From: a virus
Lineage: Duplodnaviria; Caudoviricetes
Virus record (IMG/VR): IMGVR_UViG_2895791493_000001
Coordinates: 1-64,000 of that record
Strand: one strand, 5' to 3'
DNA: 64,000 nt
Of this stretch, positions 10,385 through 20,542 are shown piece by piece. The notes under the pieces were generated by a model that was given only the letters and a program-made list of their open reading frames with translations, had not been told where the DNA came from and did no database searches. Each line of letters opens with the position of its first letter. Positions within the stretch are counted from its first letter, which is position 1. The position numbers and the translations under genes were made by a program.

Positions 10385-10802
10385 ACCGACCCCGCTCGCC
10401 CCCCAGCCCCAACCCGCGCCCCTGCCTGAGCGGGTGCAGGCCGCGCTGGCCGTGAAGGCCTGCCCGCCTGTGTACGTTGACATCGTGAACCCGAGCGGGC
10501 GCGTGTCCTACCGCCGCTGGTCGGACCACCCAGACGTACAAGAGGCGCTAGGTACGCAGGGCTACAGCGTGCGCCGCTCGGATTCCCAGTACGAGCTGGA
10601 GGGCGAACCTCACCCGCTCCGCGCTCTCCTCGCCGAGACGGCCGCTGCCCTGGCCTCCGCTGAGGCTGAGCGGGATGCGCTGCGGGAGGCTCTGGGGACG
10701 ATCGGCGCAGGTGTCGAAATTGCCCGGCAGCAGGGCAACGGCAACGCTCACATGGACGCCATCTACAGGATCGCGTGTGAGGCGATGGGGGTCCAGTCGT
10801 GA
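10377..10802 (+). CDS. hypothetical protein
   Basis: Operon context. Confidence 0.6.
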   Translation: MTEPTPLAPQPQPAPLPERVQAALAVKACPPVYVDIVNPSGRVSYRRWSDHPDVQEALGTQGYSVRRSDSQYELEGEPHPLRALLAETAAALASAEAERDALREALGTIGAGVEIARQQGNGNAHMDAIYRIACEAMGVQS

Positions 10803-11452
10803 CCCGCTCCACTGCTGATCTCCTGCGCGACGTGGCGACCGCGCTCACCTGCTACGCCAGCACCAAGCACGCCCAGGCCAGCGTCCAGAAGATCCCCAGC
10901 GTCAAGACGGCCATGCTGGAGGAGGTGGCGCACATCGAGGCGCTGGAACGCGAGGTCCGCGAGGCCATGCGCGCCCAGGCCGAGGCCGGGAACTGGGATC
11001 TGGAGTACTCGTTCAACCCTTCCGAGTACGACATCCACCAGGACGTGCTGTACCAGCAGTACCGCGACCACGTGAACGGCCGGAAGGGCACGGGCGCCAT
11101 CCGGAAGTACGAGGTTCACCGCCGGTTCGGGGAGCTGCTGGCGCGCGCGGACGCCCTGGGCGATCCCGTAGTTTCCGAGGGGTTGATCTGGCTGGCGTGG
11201 CACACGGTCAAGGACCGCGAGATGGCGCAGGGGACGAACGAGGTCCTGCGGTTCAGGCTGATCCGCCAGTCGGAGATCGAGAAGGTCAGTGTGGCCGTGC
11301 CGCGCGAGACCGTTGAGGGCCTGCTCGCCGGGTGGAATGAGGGACTGTGGGGGCCGTACACCCAGGATGCGGGCGTGCCGGACACGGTTCTCGCGCTGGT
11401 GGACGGTCTACGCGCCGCGCTCGTCCAGCGTGACGCCGGAGGCCAGTCGTGA
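10799..11452 (+). CDS. hypothetical protein
   Basis: GTGA coupling. Confidence 0.65.
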   Translation: MTRSTADLLRDVATALTCYASTKHAQASVQKIPSVKTAMLEEVAHIEALEREVREAMRAQAEAGNWDLEYSFNPSEYDIHQDVLYQQYRDHVNGRKGTGAIRKYEVHRRFGELLARADALGDPVVSEGLIWLAWHTVKDREMAQGTNEVLRFRLIRQSEIEKVSVAVPRETVEGLLAGWNEGLWGPYTQDAGVPDTVLALVDGLRAALVQRDAGGQS

Positions 11453-12273
11453 CCCGCCCGCCGACCGCGCTGGAGATCCTGGAGCTCCTGTCCACCCGGG
11501 CACGCTACCGGGAGTGGCTGACCGGCGGGCACCTGGAGGCGGACCACGGGATGATCACCGACAACCTCGCCCGCGTGACCGCGCAGATCGAGGCGCTCAC
11601 GCACCGGCAGGTGGCGGAGGCCCTGGAACAGCTGCGCGCCCAGGCTGCGCCATGGACAGCCGCCGAACTGGAGGACCTGCGCCTTCTCGCCTGGGCACTC
11701 GGTCCGGAGAACGACGGGCAGCTCACCATCACGAGTGGCCGGGCACTGGCTGACACCCTGAGCATCGCCAAGATGGTGGACCCAGCTCCCGGCAGGGGCC
11801 GCCTGCTCCCCGAACTGGAAGCCCTGATGTCCGTCTCGGTGCGCGAATGGCTGCTGATCCACCGCGCCCTGAACGCCCTGCTCGGGCAGGCCCCGCAGGC
11901 ATTGCCAGAACCGGAGGCGCCCGCCGCGGCCCCCACCGCAGGTGAGGAGCCGGAGACCCTGCTGGAACGCATCCTCGACACGCTGCCCAACTGCCGCGAC
12001 TTCAAGCTGACCGCACCTGACCGGGACGGCGAGTGGACGGCGAGCTTCATGTACGACCACTGCGCCTTCGAAGGGCAGGGCAGCTCCCCCGAGGCAGCAC
12101 TCATCGAGGCGTCAGTGGAGCGCACGATCGCCGATCACTACTACTACGCCGACGGGGCGCGGCTGAGCGAGGCGCAGATGACGGACCTGCTGAACACGGC
12201 CTACATGACCCACCTGGGGCACCTGCCCGGGCACGGGTACCGGGGCAGCTACCTGAAGGAGGATGTGGAGTGA
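11449..12273 (+). CDS. hypothetical protein
   Basis: GTGA coupling. Confidence 0.65.
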   Translation: MTRPPTALEILELLSTRARYREWLTGGHLEADHGMITDNLARVTAQIEALTHRQVAEALEQLRAQAAPWTAAELEDLRLLAWALGPENDGQLTITSGRALADTLSIAKMVDPAPGRGRLLPELEALMSVSVREWLLIHRALNALLGQAPQALPEPEAPAAAPTAGEEPETLLERILDTLPNCRDFKLTAPDRDGEWTASFMYDHCAFEGQGSSPEAALIEASVERTIADHYYYADGARLSEAQMTDLLNTAYMTHLGHLPGHGYRGSYLKEDVE

Positions 12274-12512
12274 GTACCCTCACGGAGGAATACGCCGCTC
12301 AGCAGGAGCAGCGTCGTCAGGAGATCGCCGCCCTCAGCCCAGGCCTGCGCCAGGATCTGGAGCTGCTGGCCGTGCTGGCCAGCGAGCCGGACGCCTGGCG
12401 CGGCGTCACGGAAAGCCGGGCGCGTGAGATCCTCGCCTGCACCGTTCCGGAATACAGGCAGCTGATCCGCCGCGTGGACACCGAATTCACGTGGCAGGCG
12501 GACCAGCCGTGA
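12270..12512 (+). CDS. hypothetical protein
   Basis: GTGA coupling at both ends. Confidence 0.55.
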   Translation: MSTLTEEYAAQQEQRRQEIAALSPGLRQDLELLAVLASEPDAWRGVTESRAREILACTVPEYRQLIRRVDTEFTWQADQP

Positions 12513-13279
12513 CCTCGCTTCCGGAAGACCGCGAGGTTGCGGCCCTGCCGACCCTGCACGACCTTGTGACAGGTGACGCGCCTGCGTCGGGGGAGGCCTA
12601 CAGTCAGGCCAGCGCGGCCTGGAAGGCGCGGCGGGTACTGGCCTTCCAGGCGCTGTCCCGAACCCTCAGCGCCGATCAGCAGGCGCTGCTGAAAACACTC
12701 GTCGAAGTTCACGCGCACGAGTCCGCCCTGCGGGGCGCGGCCGTGGGTGCCCAGGCGGCCCGCCGTGAGGCCCGGATCCGGAACGGCGAGCAGTCCCGCC
12801 AGCATGCCGAGGCGGCCGCGCAGGCCCGCCTGGAGAACCGGCAGATCAACGACCTCCTGAAGCGCGCCGCTGACGACAACGCCACCCTGCGGCGCCGCGC
12901 CGACACCGCCGAGAAGGAACTGGCCGCCCTGCGCGCCACGCTGCCCGGCATCGAGCGGGTCATCCGGCAGGACATCATCGCCGCCGCGCCCGCCGACCAC
13001 CGGCCCCTCCCGCGCCTCGCCCCCCGCTCAGCCGTCACGTACCGGTACCTGTCGCACGGGTTCCACGTCCGGCGGATCGCGCGGCGCATCGAGGAGTTCC
13101 TGGCCGGCCCGGACTGTCGCGGGTACGCCAGACCCGAGAAGCTCGCGGAGTTCCTGCTGCCGGAGACGCCACGCCCGACGTTCCAGCAGGCCCTGACGCA
13201 CCTGCTGCTGTCCCGCCGCGTGATCCAGTCACCCTCCGGTGCGTACCGGCTGCGCAACCCCAGCGGGGCGCCCAGGTGA
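12509..13279 (+). CDS. coiled-coil protein with C-terminal wHTH-like region
   Basis: GTGA coupling. Confidence 0.6.
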   Translation: MTSLPEDREVAALPTLHDLVTGDAPASGEAYSQASAAWKARRVLAFQALSRTLSADQQALLKTLVEVHAHESALRGAAVGAQAARREARIRNGEQSRQHAEAAAQARLENRQINDLLKRAADDNATLRRRADTAEKELAALRATLPGIERVIRQDIIAAAPADHRPLPRLAPRSAVTYRYLSHGFHVRRIARRIEEFLAGPDCRGYARPEKLAEFLLPETPRPTFQQALTHLLLSRRVIQSPSGAYRLRNPSGAPR

Positions 13280-13710
13280 CGCCGCCTGCCCTGCTGACGG
13301 CCCTGCGGGAACTGGCGGTCCTGCTGCCCGGCGGACGGCTCCGGCTGCTGCGTCAGGCGGTCCCTGGCGCCGGGCAGACCGAAACGCTGGAATGTATCTA
13401 CGACGGCCGCGCCCACCGGGTGTGCACGATCAGCCACGAACCCCTCGGGCGATTCGGCCTGCTGCACGTCCGCGCCAGCGTCGAGGAGGAGATCCAGGCG
13501 CGCGGGTGGGTCCTGAGCCAGGACTTCCGGCCGCACGCGCGGTTCGCATCGGCCCGCGCGACCATCTACACCCCGAACTTCCACTCCAAAGACGCTACTG
13601 CGCCCGACCATCCCGACATGGACGACCACCAGCTGCGCCTGCACGCCCTGCTCAGCTGCGCTGCGAAGGCCATCCGCAACCCGCACTACCTGGAGGACCG
13701 ACCATCATGA
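13276..13710 (+). CDS. hypothetical protein
   Basis: GTGA coupling. Confidence 0.6.
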   Translation: MTPPALLTALRELAVLLPGGRLRLLRQAVPGAGQTETLECIYDGRAHRVCTISHEPLGRFGLLHVRASVEEEIQARGWVLSQDFRPHARFASARATIYTPNFHSKDATAPDHPDMDDHQLRLHALLSCAAKAIRNPHYLEDRPS

Positions 13711-13847
13711 AGCACCCCACGTTCGCCGAGCGCCTCCGCGCAGCCCTGCAGGCCTTCCGCGATCCGGAAGCAGTCTCCCCTCCCCTGCCGGAACTGGAGG
13801 TGGGCCTCCCGCCACAATTATGGGCCGCGCCGACTCTGAAAATATGA
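13707..13847 (+). pseudogene. short ORF probably truncated by the AT-rich insertion
   Basis: SD GGAGG and ATGA start; runs into AT-rich DNA near 13815 and stops. Confidence 0.45.
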
Positions 13848-13863
13848 CTCAACTACTGGAATT

Positions 13864-14982
13864 CTACCGCAAAAGCTGATTGGCCTTATAAAGGAAATAC
13901 ATTTGATTTTGCTCTGCCTTGGTGCGCTCTTGAAAGTACTCACCGGCAGCCACAGTGCCTAATCCTAAAATGCCCCCAACAATATTTGAGATATTTTTAT
14001 CTATTTCGCTAGGCATCAAAAGATTAGACACCGCCAGAGTGAGTGTACCGGCAGTAGCCGTATTAATTACCGATTTTTGATAGATGTTTTGCACAACTCT
14101 ATTTATACTGACAGCCTCTTCGATTTCCATAACGGCCGGTGCTATTTTTAGATTATACAGCTCGTCAGCCTCTATCGCGAAATCCCTTTCCCAAGTTGCG
14201 CTTTGGATAGTTTTGGAGTATTCAACCATTGCTGCCCGAAATTTTGACAGCGGTCGTACGAGCAGCTTACGTATATCCAATATCTCGTCAACGCCAGCCT
14301 GCTCAAAATGGGGAAGTCTTTGAATAAAATGAGCTGAAAGGCCAGTCTGAGCCGCTCTCTCCTTCCTCATGTTTGACAATTCCGGACGCTTCTCTTTAAT
14401 GTATAAGTCTATTAGATTGGACATTTCCCTATCTAAAAGCGGAAAGCTATTTTGACTAGCAATAGTCTTGAAGACCCCTTCAGTGAACTTCTCAGCAAAA
14501 CTGCCAGAGGCCATTTCGTGCTCATATTTCTCAAGATTGAGCAATCCTCGCCTAACCAGCTTATCGATGTCAAGGATACCTAGTGGGCCAAATATGCCAT
14601 TCATTCCCACTCTCATCGAGGCAAATGCCTGCTCTCTTAGAGCCAAAAATTTCTTTTCTTGAACTCTTCTCTGGCTTCTTGGGAGACCTCTAAGACTCGT
14701 GATAGCATCGTCCAGCTGCTCTATCATATCGGCTACTTGGTAGAATTCCGCTCTTTGCTCCTGTCCAACAATTCCAGCCAACCTTTGAATATTGTGTTTA
14801 GTGGGTTGGTTGACCAATGCTTCCACTGCAATCAAAAGCATTTCTGATTTTGGACTATGAAGGCTTATGGTATCTCCGTAAAGTAAGCCGATCTTAATAA
14901 GTCTTAATTCGCTATGTATTGCCAGATTGCCGCCGCTGCCTATGCCGTGTCCTATTGAAATATTAAATTTACTGTTATCCAC
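13864..14982 (-). CDS. AT-rich moron gene, unknown function, two C-terminal hydrophobic Gly/Ala-rich helices
   Basis: 372-aa ORF in a visibly AT-rich block, antisense to its neighbours. Confidence 0.85.
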   Translation of the reverse strand: MDNSKFNISIGHGIGSGGNLAIHSELRLIKIGLLYGDTISLHSPKSEMLLIAVEALVNQPTKHNIQRLAGIVGQEQRAEFYQVADMIEQLDDAITSLRGLPRSQRRVQEKKFLALREQAFASMRVGMNGIFGPLGILDIDKLVRRGLLNLEKYEHEMASGSFAEKFTEGVFKTIASQNSFPLLDREMSNLIDLYIKEKRPELSNMRKERAAQTGLSAHFIQRLPHFEQAGVDEILDIRKLLVRPLSKFRAAMVEYSKTIQSATWERDFAIEADELYNLKIAPAVMEIEEAVSINRVVQNIYQKSVINTATAGTLTLAVSNLLMPSEIDKNISNIVGGILGLGTVAAGEYFQERTKAEQNQMYFLYKANQLLR

Positions 14983-15173
14983 GCCTTACCCCCTGGCTTA
15001 CTACACAATCAAAACCCATCTAACCGAAAAACAGCTGCCCAAGTACTCGAATTTATGCCATGCGCGTATTACAATACAGAAATTAGCATATATTTTAATT
15101 TGCGACAGCACGCTCGAATTAAGCCTTGCGCCCCGCAGACAAGAGAGAGGTCGATCGGGGTATGCTCCCCCTC

Positions 15174-15941
15174 GTGATCACAGCAACGGTGTTCAACCAT
15201 GCCGGCGGCGCAGGCAAGACCAGCATCACCCGGGACGTCGGGTACGAGCTGTCCCGCGCGGGCCTGCGCGTCCTCCTGATCGACCTCGACCCGCAGGCGA
15301 ACCTGACGTCCTGGCTGGGCGTCCGTGGCGTCACCCTGTCCGCCACGGTGTACGAGGTGGCCACCGAGGGCGAAGGGCTCCCCGAGCCGATCAAGGTGCA
15401 CGGCATGCACCTGATTCCCAGTCAGGTGGACCTGGCGCTCGCCGAGACGGGCATGCTGGGCGCGCCCGGCTCGCAGCTGTTCCTCCGGCAGGCGCTGGAG
15501 CACGTGCGCGAGCAGTACGACGTGGTCCTGATCGACAGCCCACCCAGCGTCGGGCAACTGGCCATCCTGGGCGCCGCGGCCGCCGACCGGCTGATCGTGC
15601 CCATCCCCACCCGGCAGAAAGGCCTGGACGCCCTGCCAGGCCTCCAGAAGGCCACGAAGCTCTACCGGCGACTCCAGCCGGAACTGCGGGTGGCGCTGTA
15701 CGTGCCGACCATGTACAACGACCGGCGCAGTCACGACCGCGAGGTGCTGGCCATGCTCCGCGACGGCCTCACGCCCCTCGGGGAGCCGGTACCGGAGCGT
15801 GCGGCCGTGTGGCTGGATTCCACGACGGATGGCAGCCCCGTGGGCGTCTACGCGCCCGGCAGCCCGGTGCATCAGGACGTGCTGCGCCTCACGGCGGACG
15901 TGGCACGCGCCCTGAACCTGAACGTGGCGGTAACGGCATGA
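15174..15941 (+). CDS. parA: ParA family partition ATPase
   Basis: NHAGGAGKT deviant Walker [16 protein letters not shown]; leaderless TATGCT-7nt-GTG start. Confidence 0.95.
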   Translation: MITATVFNHAGGAGKTSITRDVGYELSRAGLRVLLIDLDPQANLTSWLGVRGVTLSATVYEVATEGEGLPEPIKVHGMHLIPSQVDLALAETGMLGAPGSQLFLRQALEHVREQYDVVLIDSPPSVGQLAILGAAAADRLIVPIPTRQKGLDALPGLQKATKLYRRLQPELRVALYVPTMYNDRRSHDREVLAMLRDGLTPLGEPVPERAAVWLDSTTDGSPVGVYAPGSPVHQDVLRLTADVARALNLNVAVTA

Positions 15942-16834
15942 CCCGCAAGCGCCCCGCGCCCCGCACGGGCATCGAAGGCCTGCTGAACGGAGCCTCGGCA
16001 CTGGCGGAAGCGCCCAGCGCCACCCTGCCTGTCACGGACCTGCGACCCTCAGCCTTCCAACCCCGGCGGCACTTTGACGAGACCAGCCTGACCGAACTGA
16101 CCGACTCCATCCGCAAGAACGGCGTCCTGCAACCACTCCTGGCACGCCCGTCAGACAACGGGTACGAGATTGTCGCTGGGGAACGCCGCTGGCGCGCCGC
16201 GCAGCAGGCCGGCCTGACCGAGGTGCCCGTTCACATCCGCGACCTCACGGACGAACAGGCCGTCCGCGCGGCCCTGCTGGAGAACCTGCACCGCGAGGAC
16301 CTCAACCAGTACGAGGAAGCGGCCGCCACCCTGCGCCTCGTCGCCCTGACCCTCGGCGTGGACGAGGACGTCGCGCGCGCCCGGATGTACGCCGCGGCGC
16401 GCGGCACGAACACCGAGGACCGCGAAGTACTCGAGGACCTGTTCGCCGCCGCGAGTCTCGGCAGCTGGCAGTCGTTCACGACGAACAAGCTCCGCATCCT
16501 CAGGTACCCGGACGCCATCGTCACGGCCATGCAGGGCGGACTGCACTACAGCATTGCCGCCGTCATCGCCGCCGCCCCCGACATCCATCAGGCGGAGCTG
16601 CTGGCCATGGCGCAGGGTGGCGCCGGGTACCGGGAAGTCAAGGCCCGCCGCGCCGCCCTGGAGGCCCGCGCAACCCCGCTGAAAGTGGACCCGGCACGCG
16701 TGACGGAAGTCGGTAAGCGCATCAGCAGCGTGAAGTGGCTCGGCACGCTCGACAACAAGGCGCAGAAGGAGCTGCAGGCCTGGCTGAACCGCATGCCCGA
16801 CAGCGTCCGGAAGGCTATGAACCTGCCGGACTGA
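15938..16834 (+). CDS. parB: ParB family partition protein
   Basis: [32 protein letters not shown]; ATGA-coupled to parA. Confidence 0.95.
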   Translation: MTRKRPAPRTGIEGLLNGASALAEAPSATLPVTDLRPSAFQPRRHFDETSLTELTDSIRKNGVLQPLLARPSDNGYEIVAGERRWRAAQQAGLTEVPVHIRDLTDEQAVRAALLENLHREDLNQYEEAAATLRLVALTLGVDEDVARARMYAAARGTNTEDREVLEDLFAAASLGSWQSFTTNKLRILRYPDAIVTAMQGGLHYSIAAVIAAAPDIHQAELLAMAQGGAGYREVKARRAALEARATPLKVDPARVTEVGKRISSVKWLGTLDNKAQKELQAWLNRMPDSVRKAMNLPD

Positions 16835-16845
16835 CGTCAGTGCGG
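16830..16845. promoter_or_regulatory. palindrome ACTGACGTCAGT(GCGG), candidate parS
   Basis: Overlaps the parB stop; identical 16-mer at 63658-63673. Confidence 0.35.
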
Positions 16846-17110
16846 CAGGCGCACGCACCCCTCGGCAGCCGCATGCGCCCCAGCCTTCAAACCCTGATCC
16901 ACCAGACCAGCGTGGACCTGCGCGTCCAGCTGGGCCGGCGCGTACTCCTGGAACGAGTACTCGAGGCGATCATGTAGGAGTATCGCGACGACCCGGACCT
17001 GCGGGCATGCGTGGCCCGGCGAGTTGGGGAAGAGTAGGCCACGTTCATCGCGTCCCCCGAACATGTCGCAATTCACGACGCATTCGGGGGACGTGTCGTC
17101 GATTCCGGGT

Positions 17111-17860
17111 TTACGGCGACACGTTGGGCTCTGCGGCGGGGGGCGCGTCCGGCGTGGGGAAAAGCCGGAGGAAGCTCTCGTGGAGGTTCCTGAGCAGCGG
17201 CAGGACGCTACCCATGCTCAGTGCCTTTTCTTGATTGGGGTGCTGTAGGAGGTTGCGGATATCCTTCCACGCGGTCCACAGATCGCGCTGCGGGTCAGTG
17301 AAGTGCCCGGCAGCATGAAGGGCGTCCACGAGCTTGGCCATGCTCTGGTGTCCCTTGCCGGCGGTGACGCCGTGCTGGGCGGCATAGGCGCGTACGGCGG
17401 CTTCGGCGGCCAGGGCCAGGCGGGAGGCGCCGACGGTCATCATGGAGTACCGGAAACCCGCGTACGCGATGCAGTCGCAGCCCTCGGCGAGGTAGTGGCG
17501 GACGTCTTCCGGGAAGTGGTCGGGAATGGGTCCGAGGACGGCCGCGGCGAGGTCGGCAGGACGCATGGGGCCGAGGCGGCCCTGGCCGTCCGAGGCGACC
17601 ATGCCTGCGAGCGCCGGATCCGTGAAGGTCAGGTTGTCTGGGGTGAGCGGTCCGGTGCGGGTCAGGCCCTGCAGGGTGACTTCGGCGCCGAGGATGTCGA
17701 GGATGGTGTCGACGTGTTCGGGTGGGATGCGGTTGCCGCCGGCGATGAAGGCGGCGACGCTGGCGGTGCTGATGCCGAGGCGGCGGGCGAGTTCGGCCTG
17801 TGCGCCGCGTTTGGCGCGGATGGCGGCGCGCAGGTGGTCGTGAAGTTCGGTCTGGTTCAT
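17111..17860 (-). CDS. Xre-family HTH fused to a HEPN-like domain
   Basis: AQAELARRLGISTASV HTH; C-terminal RNLLQH (RxxxxH). Confidence 0.7.
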   Translation of the reverse strand: MNQTELHDHLRAAIRAKRGAQAELARRLGISTASVAAFIAGGNRIPPEHVDTILDILGAEVTLQGLTRTGPLTPDNLTFTDPALAGMVASDGQGRLGPMRPADLAAAVLGPIPDHFPEDVRHYLAEGCDCIAYAGFRYSMMTVGASRLALAAEAAVRAYAAQHGVTAGKGHQSMAKLVDALHAAGHFTDPQRDLWTAWKDIRNLLQHPNQEKALSMGSVLPLLRNLHESFLRLFPTPDAPPAAEPNVSP

Positions 17861-17869
17861 GGGTTCATC

Positions 17870-17928
17870 CTCCGTCAATACTAGACGCCAGACTAGCATT
17901 GACAGTCATTCTAGTGTATTATTTAGCC
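17870..17928. promoter_or_regulatory. divergent promoter/operator region
   Basis: AT-rich; TATTAT-6nt-ATG; three CTAG-containing motifs; TTGACA present. Confidence 0.55.
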
Positions 17929-18474
17929 ATGAACGGAAACGCAGTGAAGATTTACGCTCACAGCCTCCCCGAGATCGACAGCGACTTCGACACCATCGGC
18001 CTGCTGATCGCCCGCCCCCTCACGCACGAAGAGGCCCTGCGCGCCGCCGGAGCCCTCGGCTACGCCCTGGCCCGCATGAACGGCGAGAGCCTCGGGGACC
18101 CCGTGAGCCTGATCTTCACCCCGGCCAGCACGTACCTGACCTTCCACTTCGACAGCACCAAGTGCCGCCGCAGCAGCTACAGCTTCGAGGAGGCCTTCCG
18201 GGACGCCGCCGCGTACATCGAGACCGGCACGCCCGTCCGCAAGAGCGACCGCGCCGGGCGCGGCACGAAGGGCACCCGCCTGATCGACGGTATCGGCGCC
18301 GTCAGCCTGACCATCCTGCTGGACGTGGACGTGGACGCCGGCCCACAGCCCACCCCGCCCGCCCCGGCCGTCAGCGCCGCCCAGCGCGCCCTGGATGAAG
18401 CCCGCGACCGCCTGAACGCCGCGCAGCACGCCTACGCCCAGGCGGCCATCGCGTACGCCGGAGCGGGCCTGTGA
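17929..18474 (+). CDS. hypothetical protein
   Basis: Leaderless start; GC3-rich codons. Confidence 0.75.
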   Translation: MNGNAVKIYAHSLPEIDSDFDTIGLLIARPLTHEEALRAAGALGYALARMNGESLGDPVSLIFTPASTYLTFHFDSTKCRRSSYSFEEAFRDAAAYIETGTPVRKSDRAGRGTKGTRLIDGIGAVSLTILLDVDVDAGPQPTPPAPAVSAAQRALDEARDRLNAAQHAYAQAAIAYAGAGL

Positions 18475-18662
18475 GCACCCCCGTGGGCGATCAGATCCAC
18501 CTGTGGCCCAGCCGGGACGAGGACGGCCGCTGGGAGGTGGACGCCACGTACCAGGGCCGCGTGGTCGGCATCGGCATCGCCTGGTTCCGTGAGGACGCCG
18601 AGGCGGACGCCCTGGCGCAGGCGCACCGCACCCTGAACCCCGCCCCGGACGTGGCCGCATGA
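18471..18662 (+). CDS. hypothetical protein
   Basis: GTGA/ATGA coupling. Confidence 0.65.
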   Translation: MSTPVGDQIHLWPSRDEDGRWEVDATYQGRVVGIGIAWFREDAEADALAQAHRTLNPAPDVAA

Positions 18663-19066
18663 CCCGCATCCTCGTCATCCGCCCGGACGGGCAGACGCTC
18701 GCCATGGACATGGACTCCGCGGGCGGCGCGGCCGGGCATTTCTGCGGCGGGATGGTCATCCGCCTGCCCGAGGCCTTCCACGCCCTGCACCACTACGAGG
18801 TGTGGCACCTCGACGACTGGGCTGGGCAGCCTGTGAACCGCGCCGCCGGCAACATCATCGGCCTGCCCTTCGCATACGAGCCCCTGCGCGGCACCGTGGT
18901 CCTCACGCGCCTCCCGGACGGCCAGGACACCCGCGCCGAACGGGAGCACCAGCGCCAGTACTTCGGAATGCTCGACGCGGTGGACGCTGGATTCTGCACC
19001 GCCGACGAGGCCGGCATCGACTACCTGATCCGCGTGAATTCAGACGAGGGAGATCATGCTGCCTAG
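18659..19066 (+). CDS. hypothetical protein (DUF3846-like)
   Basis: PVNRAA...LRGTVVL pattern. Confidence 0.55.
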   Translation: MTRILVIRPDGQTLAMDMDSAGGAAGHFCGGMVIRLPEAFHALHHYEVWHLDDWAGQPVNRAAGNIIGLPFAYEPLRGTVVLTRLPDGQDTRAEREHQRQYFGMLDAVDAGFCTADEAGIDYLIRVNSDEGDHAA

Positions 19067-19257
19067 CGCCCCACAGGCAATCTAAACCGCTAACAACGGT
19101 TTGAGGGCACCCGTAAATACAATCAAAATTTCTGAATGGCTCACAGAAATTTTCACTTCAAGCAACCGGCGCAATCCATCAGGATACGCGCCGGTTCAGC
19201 TTTTTGGAAGGCAAATTTGGTCTGGAACTTTCCGTGAATGAACCGCATAGTGATGAC

Positions 19258-19644
19258 ATGACAAGACCCGCACCGGCTACCATCGACTACAGCACCATCA
19301 TCACTGACGCGGCCCTGGAAGGCCGGAAACAAGCATCCGAAGCATTGCAGCCCGTCATCGAAATGTTTACGCGGTCGCTGATGGACGCCGGCTTCGTCAC
19401 GCTGATGGGGGTGGCGCTGATCGTGGCGGTCATGCTGATCGTCGGGGCGTTGCGGTCGGGCCGCATTCACGTTGCGCTGCTGTGCCTGGGCATCCTGGGC
19501 GTGCTGGGAGTGGTCGCCGATCACCTGCTTTCCACCGTCACGTTCACCTGGGCCAGCGCCGGCCTGGGCTTCATGCTGATCGTGGCGGCTGTAGCCAGAG
19601 GCTGGCGGGGTCTGCTGAGCCTCGCGCGGATCCTCACGCCCTGA
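19258..19644 (+). CDS. multi-pass membrane protein
   Basis: Three hydrophobic segments; flanked by AT-richer DNA with inverted repeats; start codon uncertain. Confidence 0.65.
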   Translation: MTRPAPATIDYSTIITDAALEGRKQASEALQPVIEMFTRSLMDAGFVTLMGVALIVAVMLIVGALRSGRIHVALLCLGILGVLGVVADHLLSTVTFTWASAGLGFMLIVAAVARGWRGLLSLARILTP

Positions 19645-19882
19645 ATCGAACCGGCCACTTCCGTCCAATTCCAGACTGACAGCAGCGGCGGGCAGCCCTG
19701 GCATTTGCCAGAATCGCCCGCCGCTGCACCTTGCGTTTGATGCCGAAATTTCTGCCGACCTGCATTCTGGTTGACAAATTCGGCCGAAATCTGCACTTCC
19801 AGCGCTTCTCACGAAGTGCAGAAAACCCAGCCTGAGATCACGCAATGCGTCGTATTGAATCTGCGTCAGCAGGTCGGGAGCT

Positions 19883-20542
19883 TCACTCCCACGCCTCGCT
19901 GTACGTCTCGCCCACGCCGTCGAGCAGGCCGCCGCGCTGGCGGTAGCGGAGCAGCTCGTCCGAGTCCATGCCCAGCGCCCGACCCACGTCGTCGAGCGCC
20001 ACGCCCTGGGCCAGCAGCGCCTCCACGAGGTCCTGCGTGCCCTGCACCGAGTGCGACCCGCGCGCCTCGTTGTGCAGCACGGTCGCCTCGATACGGCTCG
20101 CCACGTCCTGCCGGTCCCCGCGCGCCGTCGTGACCGGCAGGTACCCGTGCGTGCTCGCGCGAACCTTCGGGCGTTCCAGGACCACGCGGGTCCGGTGGAA
20201 CCCGTCGATGATCTCGCGGCGCTGCCCCTCCTCGCCCGGCCAGGTGGCGACCGGCATGGTGTACCCGCTGCGTTCGATGCTGCGGGTCAGGGCGCGCATC
20301 TCGGGCGGCGCGACGGTGTTGGGGTTGTAGGCGTTCGCCTGCACGTCGGTGGCCGGCACCCACTCCACGAGGTCCACAGGATGGTGGCGCAGGGGGCTGA
20401 CGGCGTGCAGGGCGCGGCGGGCGGTGTTCAGGGCCTGCACCTGGGCGTCGGTGCTGGGCAGCGCGGCGATGGCCTCGGCCAGCTGCGCGGCGAGGGCGGC
20501 GATGTCGGGCGCGGCCGGGTCGATCAGGCGGGGCTGGGTCAT
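19883..20542 (-). CDS. IbrB/YbdM-like ParB/Srx-domain protein
   Basis: SPLRHHPVD.V.WV, NAYNPNTVAPPEM..L..SI...GYTMP, EIIDGFHR, HNEARG. Confidence 0.9.
   Translation of the reverse strand: MTQPRLIDPAAPDIAALAAQLAEAIAALPSTDAQVQALNTARRALHAVSPLRHHPVDLVEWVPATDVQANAYNPNTVAPPEMRALTRSIERSGYTMPVATWPGEEGQRREIIDGFHRTRVVLERPKVRASTHGYLPVTTARGDRQDVASRIEATVLHNEARGSHSVQGTQDLVEALLAQGVALDDVGRALGMDSDELLRYRQRGGLLDGVGETYSEAWE

Noticed and set aside
14927-16834. 635-aa ORF as a single gene
   Set aside because: The N-terminal part is an off-frame read of parA; ParB starts at 15938
19130-19148. TTCTG...CAGAA as a Deinococcus RDRM (DdrO box)
   Set aside because: The spacer is 9 nt, giving a 19-mer rather than the 17-bp RDRM
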